From Patescibacteria group bacterium (GTDB lineage Bacteria > Patescibacteriota > Saccharimonadia > CAILAD01 > BJGX01), in contig SICB01000001.1 in assembly GCA_009691555.1 (NCBI GenBank), positions 1 to 42,074 on the forward strand: 42,074 nt of DNA. Reading direction: 5' to 3'. This document shows, one piece after another, positions 6,998-16,723 of this stretch (positions within the stretch are counted from its first letter, which is position 1; the number at the start of each line of letters is the position of its first letter). The notes beneath the pieces are model-generated. The model saw only the letters and a list, made by a program, of their open reading frames with translations. It made no database searches and was not told the origin of the DNA. A program made the position numbers and the translations under genes.

Positions 6998-8919
6998 GAT
7001 ATTCCGAAGGGGTCTAGATTGATTGTCCAGTACGGCTCAAGCTCTGAGGCGATATCAACTAGTATTTTACGGTTGCGGCTTTTTATTATCAAGCTCCAGA
7101 GGTGCTTCTTGCCGCGCATTGAGGGGTGCGACTTGACCGGCCCCAAAATAGTTATCGATTGTTTGCCTCTGAGTTGGGCAATTAAGGCCTGGGCTTTTTG
7201 CTGGCCGAGCTCGGGGCTTATAAAACCACACTCTAATTTTAACAGATACGAGTAAGGTGGGTAAGAGTATTTTTTGCGCAGGGCCAATTCGGATTGGTAG
7301 AAGCTCTCATAATCGTTACTAGTGATTAGCTCAAAAAATTTGTTGTCGGGGTTTTTGGTCTGGATGATCACCTCGCCACGGTCTTTGCGCCGTCCGGCTC
7401 TACCGGCCGTCTGGCTCAAAAGTTGAAAAGCTCGCTCCAGACTGTTGTAGTCGATATTGGCCAAATCGTAGTCGGCGTCGATCATACCGACCAAATGAAG
7501 GTTCTCGAGGTCCAGTCCGCGGCCAATAATTTGCGTACCGATTATGATATCGACTTTATTATTGTTGATGTCATCTAAAATCTTTTTAAATTCTTTTGGC
7601 TCGGCACTATCGCGGTCGATCCGTATAATTTTGGCTCCAGCAAACAGCTCTGAGGCTTTTTCGGCGACAGCCTTGGTACCGATACCAACCCCGCGCAAGT
7701 TGCTGCCCTCACAGCTCGGGCATTTTGCGGGAGGAGTTTGTTTGAACCCACAGACATGGCAAACCAAACGCATGCTGTCGGCGTGGAAGTGCAAATTGAC
7801 CCCGCAGTGGGGGCACTCGAAACTCTGCCCGCAGTCGTTACAAACAAATATCGGCGCCGTGCCGCGGCGGTTGAGGTAGAGCATCACGAGCTTGCGATTG
7901 GCCAAGGTTGCTTTGATGGCGGCATCTAGCTGGGGCGTGAATATCTCAGATTGTTTGTCTTTTTTAACAATCTTAATCTCTGGATGTGACGAAGTAATGG
8001 CCCGCTGCTTGAGGCTCAGCAACTGAAGCTTGCCGGCATCGGCCAAAAATCGTGTCGCAACTGAAGGCGTTGCACTTCCCAGCACCAGCTTGGCGCCCGT
8101 CAGGCTGGCGAGCTTGCCGGCCACCATCTCGGCATGGTAGCGCGGCGAGGAATCTTGTTTGTAACTCTGCTCGTGGCACTCATCGACAACTATTAGCCCC
8201 AGCTTGTGCAAGGGCATAAAGAGTGCCGAGCGCGGACCCAACACAACCATCGGCGTTTCGGCCGATTGGCTATTGCACTCCATCCAAACAGCCCGACGCT
8301 GGGCAGGGCTGAGCCCAGAGTGCGCCACAATCAGCTGATCGGCAAAATGTTTTTGAGCCCGCTCAATCATTTGATTAGTCAAAAATATCTCCGGCATTAG
8401 CATAATTGCCGACTTACCCTCGGCCAGCATTTTGGCTATCAAATGAAAGTATATTTCGGTTTTGCCCGAACCCATCACGCCCTCTAGCAGAGTTGGCCGT
8501 TCTGAGGATAAGATAGCTTGGTATATTTTTGCTTGCTCTGGCAAGAGCTCGACCAGCTTTTTGGTGGCCAGCTTGGGCTTATCAAAAACCTTGCGTGGTG
8601 TGGTGGTGGGGTTTTTGGGCAATATCAACTGCCAGGCGCTATGAGGTGCGGCGCAGTAATAATCTATTAGCCACTCGCAGAGCGCAATCAACTGCTTGGG
8701 CAAGGGAGCTATCGGCAAAACGGCATCGATGTTTTTTAGTTTGATGGCTTTTGGCGGCGCAGCCTGGCTGATGCTACTAACGATACCGACGGTCTGATTT
8801 TTGCCAAATTTAATACTCACCAAGTTTCCGGCTTGGGCCACAACCCCCTCGGCAACTCGGTAGGTGAAGGTTCGCTTCTTAGGCCCCTTATAACCAACCA
8901 CACTGACTTCGGCATACAT
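6994..8919 (-). CDS. priA: Primosomal protein N' (replication restart helicase PriA)
   Basis: Walker A GSGKTE, DECH box, and a Cys4-Cys4 zinc cluster (CNDCG..CPHCG...CHVCG..CPSCEG). The start is uncertain between ATG 8919 (MYAEVSVV) and the upstream TTG at 8943 used by the track. Confidence 0.9.
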   Translation of the reverse strand: MYAEVSVVGYKGPKKRTFTYRVAEGVVAQAGNLVSIKFGKNQTVGIVSSISQAAPPKAIKLKNIDAVLPIAPLPKQLIALCEWLIDYYCAAPHSAWQLILPKNPTTTPRKVFDKPKLATKKLVELLPEQAKIYQAILSSERPTLLEGVMGSGKTEIYFHLIAKMLAEGKSAIMLMPEIFLTNQMIERAQKHFADQLIVAHSGLSPAQRRAVWMECNSQSAETPMVVLGPRSALFMPLHKLGLIVVDECHEQSYKQDSSPRYHAEMVAGKLASLTGAKLVLGSATPSVATRFLADAGKLQLLSLKQRAITSSHPEIKIVKKDKQSEIFTPQLDAAIKATLANRKLVMLYLNRRGTAPIFVCNDCGQSFECPHCGVNLHFHADSMRLVCHVCGFKQTPPAKCPSCEGSNLRGVGIGTKAVAEKASELFAGAKIIRIDRDSAEPKEFKKILDDINNNKVDIIIGTQIIGRGLDLENLHLVGMIDADYDLANIDYNSLERAFQLLSQTAGRAGRRKDRGEVIIQTKNPDNKFFELITSNDYESFYQSELALRKKYSYPPYSYLLKLECGFISPELGQQKAQALIAQLRGKQSITILGPVKSHPSMRGKKHLWSLIIKSRNRKILVDIASELEPYWTINLDPFGIS

Positions 8920-8990
8920 ACCATCTATTGTACCCCAGCCCAAGATTATTTGCTTTACAATCAGTCTTATCTAATCAATAATGGTAGGTA

Positions 8991-10286
8991 ATGAAATTAA
9001 GCACAAAACTATATTTGATTGCCGCACTACTGGTCGTTCTTGTATTGCTGGCGCTACCCAGAGAAGACAAAATATTCTCGGCACTTGGCATCAAAGATAC
9101 CAGCCTCAAGCTGCGCCTCGGCCTGGACCTTCAGGGCGGTGCCAGCCTCACCTACCAGGCTGATTTGTCGAAGGTCTCGGCTCAAGACAAAGCCAAAGCC
9201 ATCGATGGGGTTATAAATGTCATCAACAAGCGTGTCAATTCCACCGGTACATCTGAGGTTGTGGTGCAAACATCCGGTATCGATCGAGTCAGCGTTCAGC
9301 TGCCTGGAGTAAAAGATGTCGATCAAGCAATCGGTCTCATCGGCAAGACCGCCCAACTGCAGTTTTTATCGGTTAGCCCCGAGGGCATTCCCGAAGACAC
9401 CGATATTAAGGCCGAAGACCTCGAGAGCGCCACAGCCGATATTAATATCGATAACGGCCAGCCTATCATATCTTTCCAGATGAAAGGTAGCGCCACCCAG
9501 AGATTCGCCGAGCTCACCAAGAATATCAACCGCCAGGGCGGTCGACTGCTGATAATTCTTGACAACGAACCGCTTTTTAACGGCACTGTCTCGACCCCTA
9601 TTACCGACGGCAAAGGGCAGATGTCGGGCTTTAAGGACTTAAAGGACGCCAAAGAAACTTCGCTGCTACTCAACGCCGGAGCTCTGCCAGTGCCTATTAG
9701 CCTAGTCGAGCAACGTGCGGTCGGAGCTAGCCTGGGGCAAGAATCCATTCAGCGCAGCTTATTTGCAGGCCTCATTGGCCTGGTTGCAGTACTAGTATTT
9801 ATGATTGCCTACTACCGCCTGGCAGGCCTGGTTGCTGCGGCAGCCCTGATCATCTACACTCTCATAACCATCGATATCTTTAAGCTTTCAGGCATCACCC
9901 AGTCGCCAATTGTTTTAACACTTGCGGGCATTGCCGGCTTCGTTTTGAGCATCGGAATGGCGGTCGATGCCAATATTCTAATATTTGAGCGTATGAAAGA
10001 AGAAATCCGTGCCGGCAGCTCGGTCGCTGTGGCGATGGACACTGGTTTCAAGCGGGCTTGGTCGAGCATTAGGGATTCAAATGTATCTACGCTAATTACC
10101 TGTACGATACTCTACATCTCTGGTATTCCGGTCATCAAAGGCTTCGCCATCACACTAGCAATTGGAGTGATAGTTAGCATGTTTACAGCCATCACGATAT
10201 CTAAGACCTTCATGCAAGCCGTGGTGCAAACCAAAATCGGCTCCAAGCCAAGCTCGTACCGTATCAAGGAGGAGACTATCCAATGA
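8991..10286 (+). CDS. secD: Protein translocase subunit SecD
   Basis: N-terminal TM segment, periplasmic-type P1 domain, and a C-terminal 5-TM SecD/F domain (GFVLSIGMAVDANILIFERMKEE). It overlaps secF by 4 nt. Confidence 0.9.
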   Translation: MKLSTKLYLIAALLVVLVLLALPREDKIFSALGIKDTSLKLRLGLDLQGGASLTYQADLSKVSAQDKAKAIDGVINVINKRVNSTGTSEVVVQTSGIDRVSVQLPGVKDVDQAIGLIGKTAQLQFLSVSPEGIPEDTDIKAEDLESATADINIDNGQPIISFQMKGSATQRFAELTKNINRQGGRLLIILDNEPLFNGTVSTPITDGKGQMSGFKDLKDAKETSLLLNAGALPVPISLVEQRAVGASLGQESIQRSLFAGLIGLVAVLVFMIAYYRLAGLVAAAALIIYTLITIDIFKLSGITQSPIVLTLAGIAGFVLSIGMAVDANILIFERMKEEIRAGSSVAVAMDTGFKRAWSSIRDSNVSTLITCTILYISGIPVIKGFAITLAIGVIVSMFTAITISKTFMQAVVQTKIGSKPSSYRIKEETIQ

Positions 10287-11194
10287 ACATCATCGGCAGG
10301 CGTAAACTATGGTTTATAATTTCGATACTATTGGTCTTGCCAGGAACAATCGCTCTAATTGTCTGGGGACTAAAGCCCGGCATAGACTTTACAGGCGGTC
10401 AAGAACTTGAAATCTCGGGGCAGGCCACGCAAACCCAGCTATATGATATAGTTGCAAAAGTCGGGGTCAAAGATATCACCGTAACAACCAGTGGTAGTGA
10501 CAGGCTAATTGTGCGCTACAGCGACCAAGGGCTCGATAAAGAGCTTGGCGACTCCCAGCAAATTAGACAAAACATCAAGGTCTTACTGGCCCAGCAAAAC
10601 CTCACCGAAACTTCATTTAGCTCAGTCGGGCCGGCCGTTAGTCGCGATATTACCAGAAGCGCAATTCTAGGAGTCGCAATGGCTTCGCTAGCGATATTAC
10701 TATATATTGCCTTCGCTTTTCGCAACACGCCGCCCCCCGTTAGCCCCTGGAGCTTCGGTGCTACGGCGCTTATTGCTCTTTTGCACGACGCCCTATTTGT
10801 GCTCGGCAGCTTCGCTATTTTAGGACACTTCTTTGGAGTCCAGGTTGATGCCTTGTTCGTGACGGCTCTCTTAACGACCATTGGCTTCTCGGTGCACGAT
10901 ACGATTGTGGTTTATGACAGAATCCGCGAAAACCTCCGACGCCTCAATAAGCCTTTCGAAGAGATCGTCAATATCTCTATTAACGAAACACTGGCTCGCT
11001 CACTCAATACCTCTATCACGGTAATTATAGTACTACTGGCATTTTACCTATTTGGTGGTGAGTCCATCAAACTCTTTATACTAGCCTTACTACTTGGTAT
11101 TGTGTCTGGTACTTTCTCTTCAATCTTTAATGCCTCACCACTCTTGGTGGTTTATAATAACTGGAAAATCAAAAAAGCCAAAGCTACTAAATAG
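10283..11194 (+). CDS. secF: Protein translocase subunit SecF
   Basis: SecF-type TM core (GFSVHDTIVVYDRIREN) and secDF synteny. Confidence 0.9.
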   Translation: MNIIGRRKLWFIISILLVLPGTIALIVWGLKPGIDFTGGQELEISGQATQTQLYDIVAKVGVKDITVTTSGSDRLIVRYSDQGLDKELGDSQQIRQNIKVLLAQQNLTETSFSSVGPAVSRDITRSAILGVAMASLAILLYIAFAFRNTPPPVSPWSFGATALIALLHDALFVLGSFAILGHFFGVQVDALFVTALLTTIGFSVHDTIVVYDRIRENLRRLNKPFEEIVNISINETLARSLNTSITVIIVLLAFYLFGGESIKLFILALLLGIVSGTFSSIFNASPLLVVYNNWKIKKAKATK

Positions 11195-11702
11195 TTACTG
11201 CGCCGACGGTGAGCATGTAGGCTATAAAGAAGGCTGCCAGCAGCACCATCACAATGAGGCCTACCAAAATCCAGGTCGATGAGTTGTTTTTGGCAATCAT
11301 CGGCGCAAGAATTACATCATCTGCCGGTGTCGGACTCTGGTTATTGGCAGGGCCACTAGAGTCTAGGATGCCACTGATACATTGGATACCATCAACCCCA
11401 GAGCTGGGCTCGTGGCTATGGGGTGGAGGCAATTCTGGTACCATCAGCCTTTTTAGGGTGGCCTGAAGCTTATTGTCGGGTAATACGCGACTACTAGCCT
11501 CGCTTGGTTGGCCGGGTAGGGGGTTAGCGATATGCACAGGCATCGGCGACGGATTAGAGAGATGCACGGGCATTGGCGACGGGTTAGCGGGCATCAGGCC
11601 GGTATCGGTGTAAAAGCGCTGTACGCCCCCGCAATTAGAGCACAAATAGCCCACCAAGCTTGGTGTCATAGTCGAATTGCATTCTGGGCAGTATCTATCC
11701 AT
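11187..11702 (-). CDS. Hypothetical zinc-ribbon protein with a Pro-rich linker and a C-terminal TM anchor
   Basis: N-terminal CPEC-x15-CSNC ribbon, the tandem peptide repeat NPSPMPVH(L/I), and a C-terminal hydrophobic helix WILVGLIVMVLLAAFFIAYMLTV. Its 3' end overlaps the convergent secF by 8 nt. Confidence 0.55.
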   Translation of the reverse strand: MDRYCPECNSTMTPSLVGYLCSNCGGVQRFYTDTGLMPANPSPMPVHLSNPSPMPVHIANPLPGQPSEASSRVLPDNKLQATLKRLMVPELPPPHSHEPSSGVDGIQCISGILDSSGPANNQSPTPADDVILAPMIAKNNSSTWILVGLIVMVLLAAFFIAYMLTVGAVTI

Positions 11703-11811
11703 TCATGTGTTTTTTATTATGCTAATAATTTTAACACAAAAGTTATGCTTCAAAAAGTGTTGTTATTTTTACCGAGTTGTTATAAACTAGTATCAACAGA
11801 GGTAAAAACAA

Positions 11812-12084
11812 ATGTTGCAGTATTTCATCACTTCCAAGACCAGACGCAAGATAGTTACGCTTTTTAGTAAGTATCCAGATTATCGCGTTCATATCCGGGG
11901 GTTAGCAAAAATTACCAGAGAAGATCCCGGCAACATCAGCCGAGAGCTAGCAAGGCTCGAAAAAATCGGCTACCTAAAGGCCTACAAAGATGCCAACACC
12001 AAGGTCTATGGAGTCAATCAAAACTTCATTTTATTTAAGGATTTGCAGAGCATGGTGCTAAAGACATCCAACAAGAGGTCGTGA
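11812..12084 (+). CDS. Small winged-helix (ArsR/MarR-like) DNA-binding protein
   Basis: 90 aa with the pattern R.KI...L......v.IRGLAK......GNISRELARLEKIGYL, typical of a wHTH recognition helix and wing. An SD (agaggt) lies 8 nt upstream. Confidence 0.55.
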   Translation: MLQYFITSKTRRKIVTLFSKYPDYRVHIRGLAKITREDPGNISRELARLEKIGYLKAYKDANTKVYGVNQNFILFKDLQSMVLKTSNKRS

Positions 12085-12150
12085 TGTAGGGTGCTTCCGA
12101 GGACAGAAAATAAAAACAAAAAATAAAAAACAAAAGAGAGGTAGAAAAAA

Positions 12151-12324
12151 ATGAAACAAATACAAAAAATAATTAAAACAGTCCGCTATCGAGACTTTAT
12201 ATTTGCCAAGCAATCCAAGCTCGACGACACCGAGCGATTTTTGCAAGAGGGTCGTAGGCAGTATGTTGCTAGTGTGCCCGCTGGCTTCAAGGCCAGATCT
12301 GGCTCAGACTTTTTTATGCAATAA
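12151..12324 (+). CDS. Candidate small protein (57 aa), below the ORF-track cutoff
   Basis: ATG is preceded by GAGAGG with 9-nt spacing. My translation is MKQIQKIIKTVRYRDFIFAKQSKLDDTERFLQEGRRQYVASVPAGFKARSGSDFFMQ. The composition is not low-complexity, unlike the antisense track ORF 12058-12246. Confidence 0.35.
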   Translation: MKQIQKIIKTVRYRDFIFAKQSKLDDTERFLQEGRRQYVASVPAGFKARSGSDFFMQ

Positions 12325-12377
12325 TTTTTTTGTAGGCTACTTTCGTATTTTAGACTGATATAGTTTAGACTAGGTTT

Positions 12378-14057
12378 ATGCAGAAAATACTTTGGGATAG
12401 CTCGTCGGCTATTGAGCTCTCTAGCGAGTCCAGCATCACAAACCAGCTTCTTAAAAAGCGCGGCCTAACCTCCGCTCAGGCCGAGACTTTTTTGAAACCA
12501 GATTACGACAAGGGCCTGACCGACCCATTTGTGCTATCGGGTATGACCAAGGCCGTGGCCAGAATCGTTCGGGCAGTCAACAAAAAAGAAAAAATTGTAA
12601 TCTATGGCGATTACGACATCGACGGCCTGAGCTCCTCGGCGCTTCTCTATGACGCCTTTATGGCGATGGGAGTAAAGGTATCGCTCTATATTCCAGATAG
12701 GTTCGAAGAAGGCTACGGACTCAACTCTAGTGCCATCGAAAAACTCAAGAAACAACAAAACGACTTAATTATTACGGTCGATTGTGGTACTACGGCTCAT
12801 CTTCAGGCTAAAACAGCCAAAGATGTCGGTATCGATTTGATTATTACCGACCACCACGAGCCAGACGGCGGCGCACCAAAGGGAATTGTAGCTTGTGTCA
12901 ATCCGAAACTCGACAAAGATAGCCCGCTGCGCGATTTGGCAGGTGTCGGAGTGGCATTTTATTTGGTGCGGGCGATTGCTATAAAAACCCAGCTAATCGA
13001 TGCCGGACAAGAGAAGTGGCTACTAGATTTGGTGGCTCTTGGTACAATTTGCGATGTCGTTCCGCTGACTAACGATAATAGAGTTTTGGCGAGCTACGGG
13101 CTTAAAGTGCTCAGGAAGACCCGCCGCCTAGGGCTGATAGCTTTGGCCGATAGCTGCGCGATGGATATTGAATCCGCCAGCGAGACAGATTTGGGTTTCA
13201 AGATTGGCCCTAGGCTCAATGCGGCCGGACGCCTAGCTCATGCCAAAAAGGCACTTGACTTGCTAACCAGCAGCGATGCCGTGCAGGCCAAGGCAATCGC
13301 TCTAGAGCTAGGAGAGCTCAACGCCACCAGGCAAGAGGACACCAAAAATATCTTGGCTGGCTGTATTGAGCAAGCCAAAGAGTATAAAAAAGAGCCAATT
13401 TTGGTGCTTTCGAGCCCCGACTGGTCACACGGGGTGGTCGGTATAGTAGCCAGTAAAATATCTGAAAAATGGCACAAGCCGACCATAATTTTGCAGGAAC
13501 TAGGCGAACTATCGAAAGGTTCGGCCCGGAGCTATGGCTCATTTGATATCATAGCAGCCATTCGTAGCTGCGAAGGGTTTTTAGAGAGCTGCGGTGGGCA
13601 CAGCTTTGCGGCTGGCCTAAAACTTCGGACCGATCGAATCCAAGAGCTGCGCTATCGGATCAATCAGTATGCCATAGCCAATATGGACGCCAAGAATAAT
13701 TTTAAAACAATCCAAATTGGTATCAACCTGACTGCTAGCGGCGCCAATATTGCCCTGTACGACGAAATCAATAAACTAGCTCCCTTTGGTAGCGCCAACA
13801 AAAAACCGCACTTACACTCAATATATGTCGTGGAGCAAGTCAGGCTGGTCGGTAGCGACGCCTCGCACCTCAGGCTGCAGCTGGTTGACTCAGCTGGAGG
13901 CAAGCACACTGCAATTGGCTTTAGTATGGCTAGCGCCTACCGCTGGCTAGAAACAGGCCAAACAATCGAACTAGTCTTTGCGCTCTCCGAAAATATTTGG
14001 CAAAACCGTCGCAACCACCAATTAGAGATAATTGATATTAAGCTTTACGAACACTAA
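12378..14057 (+). CDS. recJ: Single-stranded-DNA-specific exonuclease RecJ
   Basis: DHH-family motifs are present: YGDYDIDG, DCG and ITDHH. The DHHA1 region has GGHSFAAG. Confidence 0.9.
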   Translation: MQKILWDSSSAIELSSESSITNQLLKKRGLTSAQAETFLKPDYDKGLTDPFVLSGMTKAVARIVRAVNKKEKIVIYGDYDIDGLSSSALLYDAFMAMGVKVSLYIPDRFEEGYGLNSSAIEKLKKQQNDLIITVDCGTTAHLQAKTAKDVGIDLIITDHHEPDGGAPKGIVACVNPKLDKDSPLRDLAGVGVAFYLVRAIAIKTQLIDAGQEKWLLDLVALGTICDVVPLTNDNRVLASYGLKVLRKTRRLGLIALADSCAMDIESASETDLGFKIGPRLNAAGRLAHAKKALDLLTSSDAVQAKAIALELGELNATRQEDTKNILAGCIEQAKEYKKEPILVLSSPDWSHGVVGIVASKISEKWHKPTIILQELGELSKGSARSYGSFDIIAAIRSCEGFLESCGGHSFAAGLKLRTDRIQELRYRINQYAIANMDAKNNFKTIQIGINLTASGANIALYDEINKLAPFGSANKKPHLHSIYVVEQVRLVGSDASHLRLQLVDSAGGKHTAIGFSMASAYRWLETGQTIELVFALSENIWQNRRNHQLEIIDIKLYEH

Positions 14058-14229
14058 AATTGTTCTTTAGTGTTGAACAATGCAGTTGCAACATACATAA
14101 TCAATCTGATAATAGCGCGAACTGGTAGTCTGTATTAATACAATAAAGTACTCAAAAAAAATATTACAGATAGCAACTACATATTGTATCTGTTAATGTG
14201 ATATTAAATAAATTGTTCAGTTTGTTTAT

Positions 14230-14258
14230 TTGTTGAATTGCTTATTTGTCGCTAAAAT
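14230..14258 (+). promoter_or_regulatory. Promoter candidate TTGTTG-17-TAAAAT, 7 nt upstream of the hisS ATG
   Basis: Hexamers at 14230-14235 and 14253-14258. No SD is present in the 6 nt before the ATG at 14265. Confidence 0.4.
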
Positions 14259-14264
14259 ATAACT

Positions 14265-15533
14265 ATGTCAGAAATAAAGTACCAAAAGCCTCGTGGTATG
14301 CAAGATATCTTGCCGGCCGATCAACTGCTCTGGTCTCGTATCGTGGAGGCCTATGTCGATATCTGCCAATCTGCTGGGGTCGATAAGATATCAACTCCGA
14401 TCATCGAATCGACCGCGCTTTTCACGATGGCCGTCGGTGAAGAAACAGAAGTCGTCAGTAAAGAGATGTACAGCTTTAGCGATCGCTCCGACAACAGCCT
14501 AACGCTCAAGCCAGAGAGCACTGCCGGTGTTGTTCGGGCTTATATTGAAAACGGCATGAATAGCCTTCCAAAACCCGTCGAGCTGTATTATATTGAGCCA
14601 CACTTCAGGTACGAGAGGCCACAGGCCGGACGCTATCGTCAGCATCACCAGCTCGGTATCGAAATATTTGGCGACTCAACAGTTAGCAGTGATGTGCATG
14701 TCATTGGTCTGGGAGTTAGGCTTTTTAACCGTCTTGGAATCAATCAACAGGTAGCAATTAATAGCATCGGCTCGTCTGAGGACCGCCGGAAATACATCGA
14801 AGTCTTACAGGCGTACTTCAAGAAGTACCTGAATGATTTGCCAGAAATAAACAAGAGACAACTCAAAACCAATCCGCTACGTATTCTCGATAGCAAAGAG
14901 CCAGCCGTAATTCGGCTTATCGAAGACTCACCACATATCCTAGACTATCTGTCTCCAGAGTCTTCGGCTCGATTTGCCAAGATTTTGGAGCTACTAGAAA
15001 ATTGCGGAATACAATATCAGCTCAATAGCCGCCTGGTGAGGGGCCTGGATTACTACAATGACACCGTTTTTGAATTTGTTACCGAAAACGAATCTTCAGG
15101 CGATAGTATTGGTGGAGGTGGACGATACGACACCCTCGTGAAACGCATGGGTGGAGTCGAAACACCGGCTGTCGGTATGGGTATCGGTATCGAAAGAATC
15201 AAGCTCGAGCTGGAGCGCATGGGTACTATTCCAAGTGTAACGCCACCCGATATATTCGTTGTGGCGATTGGCAAAGATGCGTCTGACACGGCTCAGGTAG
15301 TGCGCGAGATGTTGCTCAATGAAGGCTTTAAGGTTAGGGCTAATTTCTCTAAAAAGTCGATGGCCGACCAGCTGGCCCTAGCTAACAAGTGCCAGGCCAA
15401 ATACGCCGTAGTTATCGGCGACCGCGAGGCCAAACTCAAAGAGGTAATCATTAAAGACCTGGCGAGCGGTAATCAGCAGGTCGATAAACAAGACAAACTT
15501 GTCGAAACCCTTAAGATGATGACTGGCTCTTGA
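14265..15533 (+). CDS. hisS: Histidyl-tRNA synthetase
   Basis: Class II motifs are present: FRYERPQAGRYRQHHQ (motif 2) and GGGRYD (motif 3). An anticodon-binding domain lies at the C-terminus. Confidence 0.95.
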   Translation: MSEIKYQKPRGMQDILPADQLLWSRIVEAYVDICQSAGVDKISTPIIESTALFTMAVGEETEVVSKEMYSFSDRSDNSLTLKPESTAGVVRAYIENGMNSLPKPVELYYIEPHFRYERPQAGRYRQHHQLGIEIFGDSTVSSDVHVIGLGVRLFNRLGINQQVAINSIGSSEDRRKYIEVLQAYFKKYLNDLPEINKRQLKTNPLRILDSKEPAVIRLIEDSPHILDYLSPESSARFAKILELLENCGIQYQLNSRLVRGLDYYNDTVFEFVTENESSGDSIGGGGRYDTLVKRMGGVETPAVGMGIGIERIKLELERMGTIPSVTPPDIFVVAIGKDASDTAQVVREMLLNEGFKVRANFSKKSMADQLALANKCQAKYAVVIGDREAKLKEVIIKDLASGNQQVDKQDKLVETLKMMTGS

Positions 15534-15615
15534 GTTTTTGGGCGTTTTCAGATATAATTATACGGATTTAAAAATATTTTAATAACTTACAATCAATAAT
15601 TTAAAGGAGCATCAA

Positions 15616-15825
15616 TTGTTACAAGTTACAAGAAAAGACGACGAATCGGTAGAGAACCTAGTAAGACGCTTTAATAAAAAGGTCATCCAATCTGGTATAT
15701 TGACCACTGCGCGCCAAAGAAAGTATTTTCAAAAGCCGATATCAAAGACCGAGGCACGAGTAGTTGCCATCCGAAAACGAGCTCGTAAAGAGCAGAAAAT
15801 GCGCGAACTAATCGGTACAAGATAG
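15616..15825 (+). CDS. rpsU: 30S ribosomal protein S21
   Basis: A 69-aa basic protein with the RRFNKKV...G....R.R..F.KP pattern. It has a TTG start with an AAAGGAG SD 7 nt upstream. Confidence 0.85.
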   Translation: MLQVTRKDDESVENLVRRFNKKVIQSGILTTARQRKYFQKPISKTEARVVAIRKRARKEQKMRELIGTR

Positions 15826-16268
15826 TGGACTTGATCACGCAGCTCGAATCTGACATTGGGGATGCTATGAAATTGCGCGACGAAGTCCGCACTACCACCC
15901 TGCGCTTGCTCAAAAGCTCACTCAAGAATTATCAGATAGAGCTGGGCCACGACCTGACAATGCAAGAGGCACTTGCGGTGTTACAAAAGGAAGCAAAAAA
16001 ATGTCAGGATTCGATCAACCAATTTGATAGCGCCGGTCGTCAAGACCTCGTCGATGAAGAGCGCAGCGAACTAGATATAATCAAAAAGTACTTGCCCGAG
16101 CAGATGAGCGAGGACGCCGTCGCAAAAGTCGTCACTGAGGCCATCGCCGAGCTCGGCGCTAGTTCCCCAGCCGATATGGGCAAAGTCATAGCGCTGGTTC
16201 GTCAAAAAACGGCTGGTCAGGCTGATGGCAGCCTAATCGCTGAGCTGACCAAGCAAAAGTTGTCTTAG
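15825..16268 (+). CDS. yqeY: GatB/YqeY domain-containing protein
   Basis: The L...L...MK.RD..R...LRLL.S..KN pattern is typical of YqeY. The GTG start overlaps the rpsU stop by 1 nt, which is the common rpsU-yqeY synteny. Confidence 0.8.
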   Translation: MDLITQLESDIGDAMKLRDEVRTTTLRLLKSSLKNYQIELGHDLTMQEALAVLQKEAKKCQDSINQFDSAGRQDLVDEERSELDIIKKYLPEQMSEDAVAKVVTEAIAELGASSPADMGKVIALVRQKTAGQADGSLIAELTKQKLS

Positions 16269-16273
16269 CCGCT

Positions 16274-16723
16274 ATGCCGCTTATCTACAATACCGAAGGC
16301 AAGTCGCTACTATCGCCCCCACAGCTAAAAAAAATAGCCCGTGCTATCGAGCAATTTATTGCAAAATCAAATACAGCCGAGGTTGGAGTTGCCTTTGTGA
16401 GCTCCGATCGTAGCCAGGAGCTCAATAAGCGCTACTCGGGGCGCGACTACCCAACCGATGTCTTGAGTTTTGAGTACCAACCGACGCCAGAGAATCCTAC
16501 GATTGGCGATATTGCAATCTGCGCTAGTCTTGCCAAATCGCAGGCGGCTAGGCACGAGATTGCCCTAGAGGCCGAGCTGGCCCTGCTTTTGGTGCATGGC
16601 ACACTGCACTTATTGGGCCATGATCACCAAGACCAAAGCCAAATAGCTAGCCTAGATAAGCTCCAAAGTGATATCATGGAATCATTAGATTATAAATATA
16701 GGGATTTCAAATGGTCACAGTAG
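16274..16723 (+). CDS. ybeY: Endoribonuclease YbeY (rRNA maturation factor)
   Basis: The metal-binding motif HGTLHLLGHDH is present, and the size (149 aa) fits. Confidence 0.9.
   Translation: MPLIYNTEGKSLLSPPQLKKIARAIEQFIAKSNTAEVGVAFVSSDRSQELNKRYSGRDYPTDVLSFEYQPTPENPTIGDIAICASLAKSQAARHEIALEAELALLLVHGTLHLLGHDHQDQSQIASLDKLQSDIMESLDYKYRDFKWSQ

Noticed and set aside
12058-12246. A 62-aa minus-strand ORF (MQKSLGV...FLPLFCFLFFVFIFC).
   Set aside because: Its Phe/Leu-rich half is just the reverse-complement reading of the plus-strand A-tract. It has no RBS. The plus-strand 57-aa ORF is the better, though still tentative, candidate.
14058-14264. The AT-rich 207-nt recJ-hisS spacer, considered as a possible T-box or other leader for hisS.
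   Set aside because: It has no GGTGGTACC-type T-box sequence and no antiterminator bulge. The -10 box sits 7 nt from the ATG, which leaves no room for a leader RNA.
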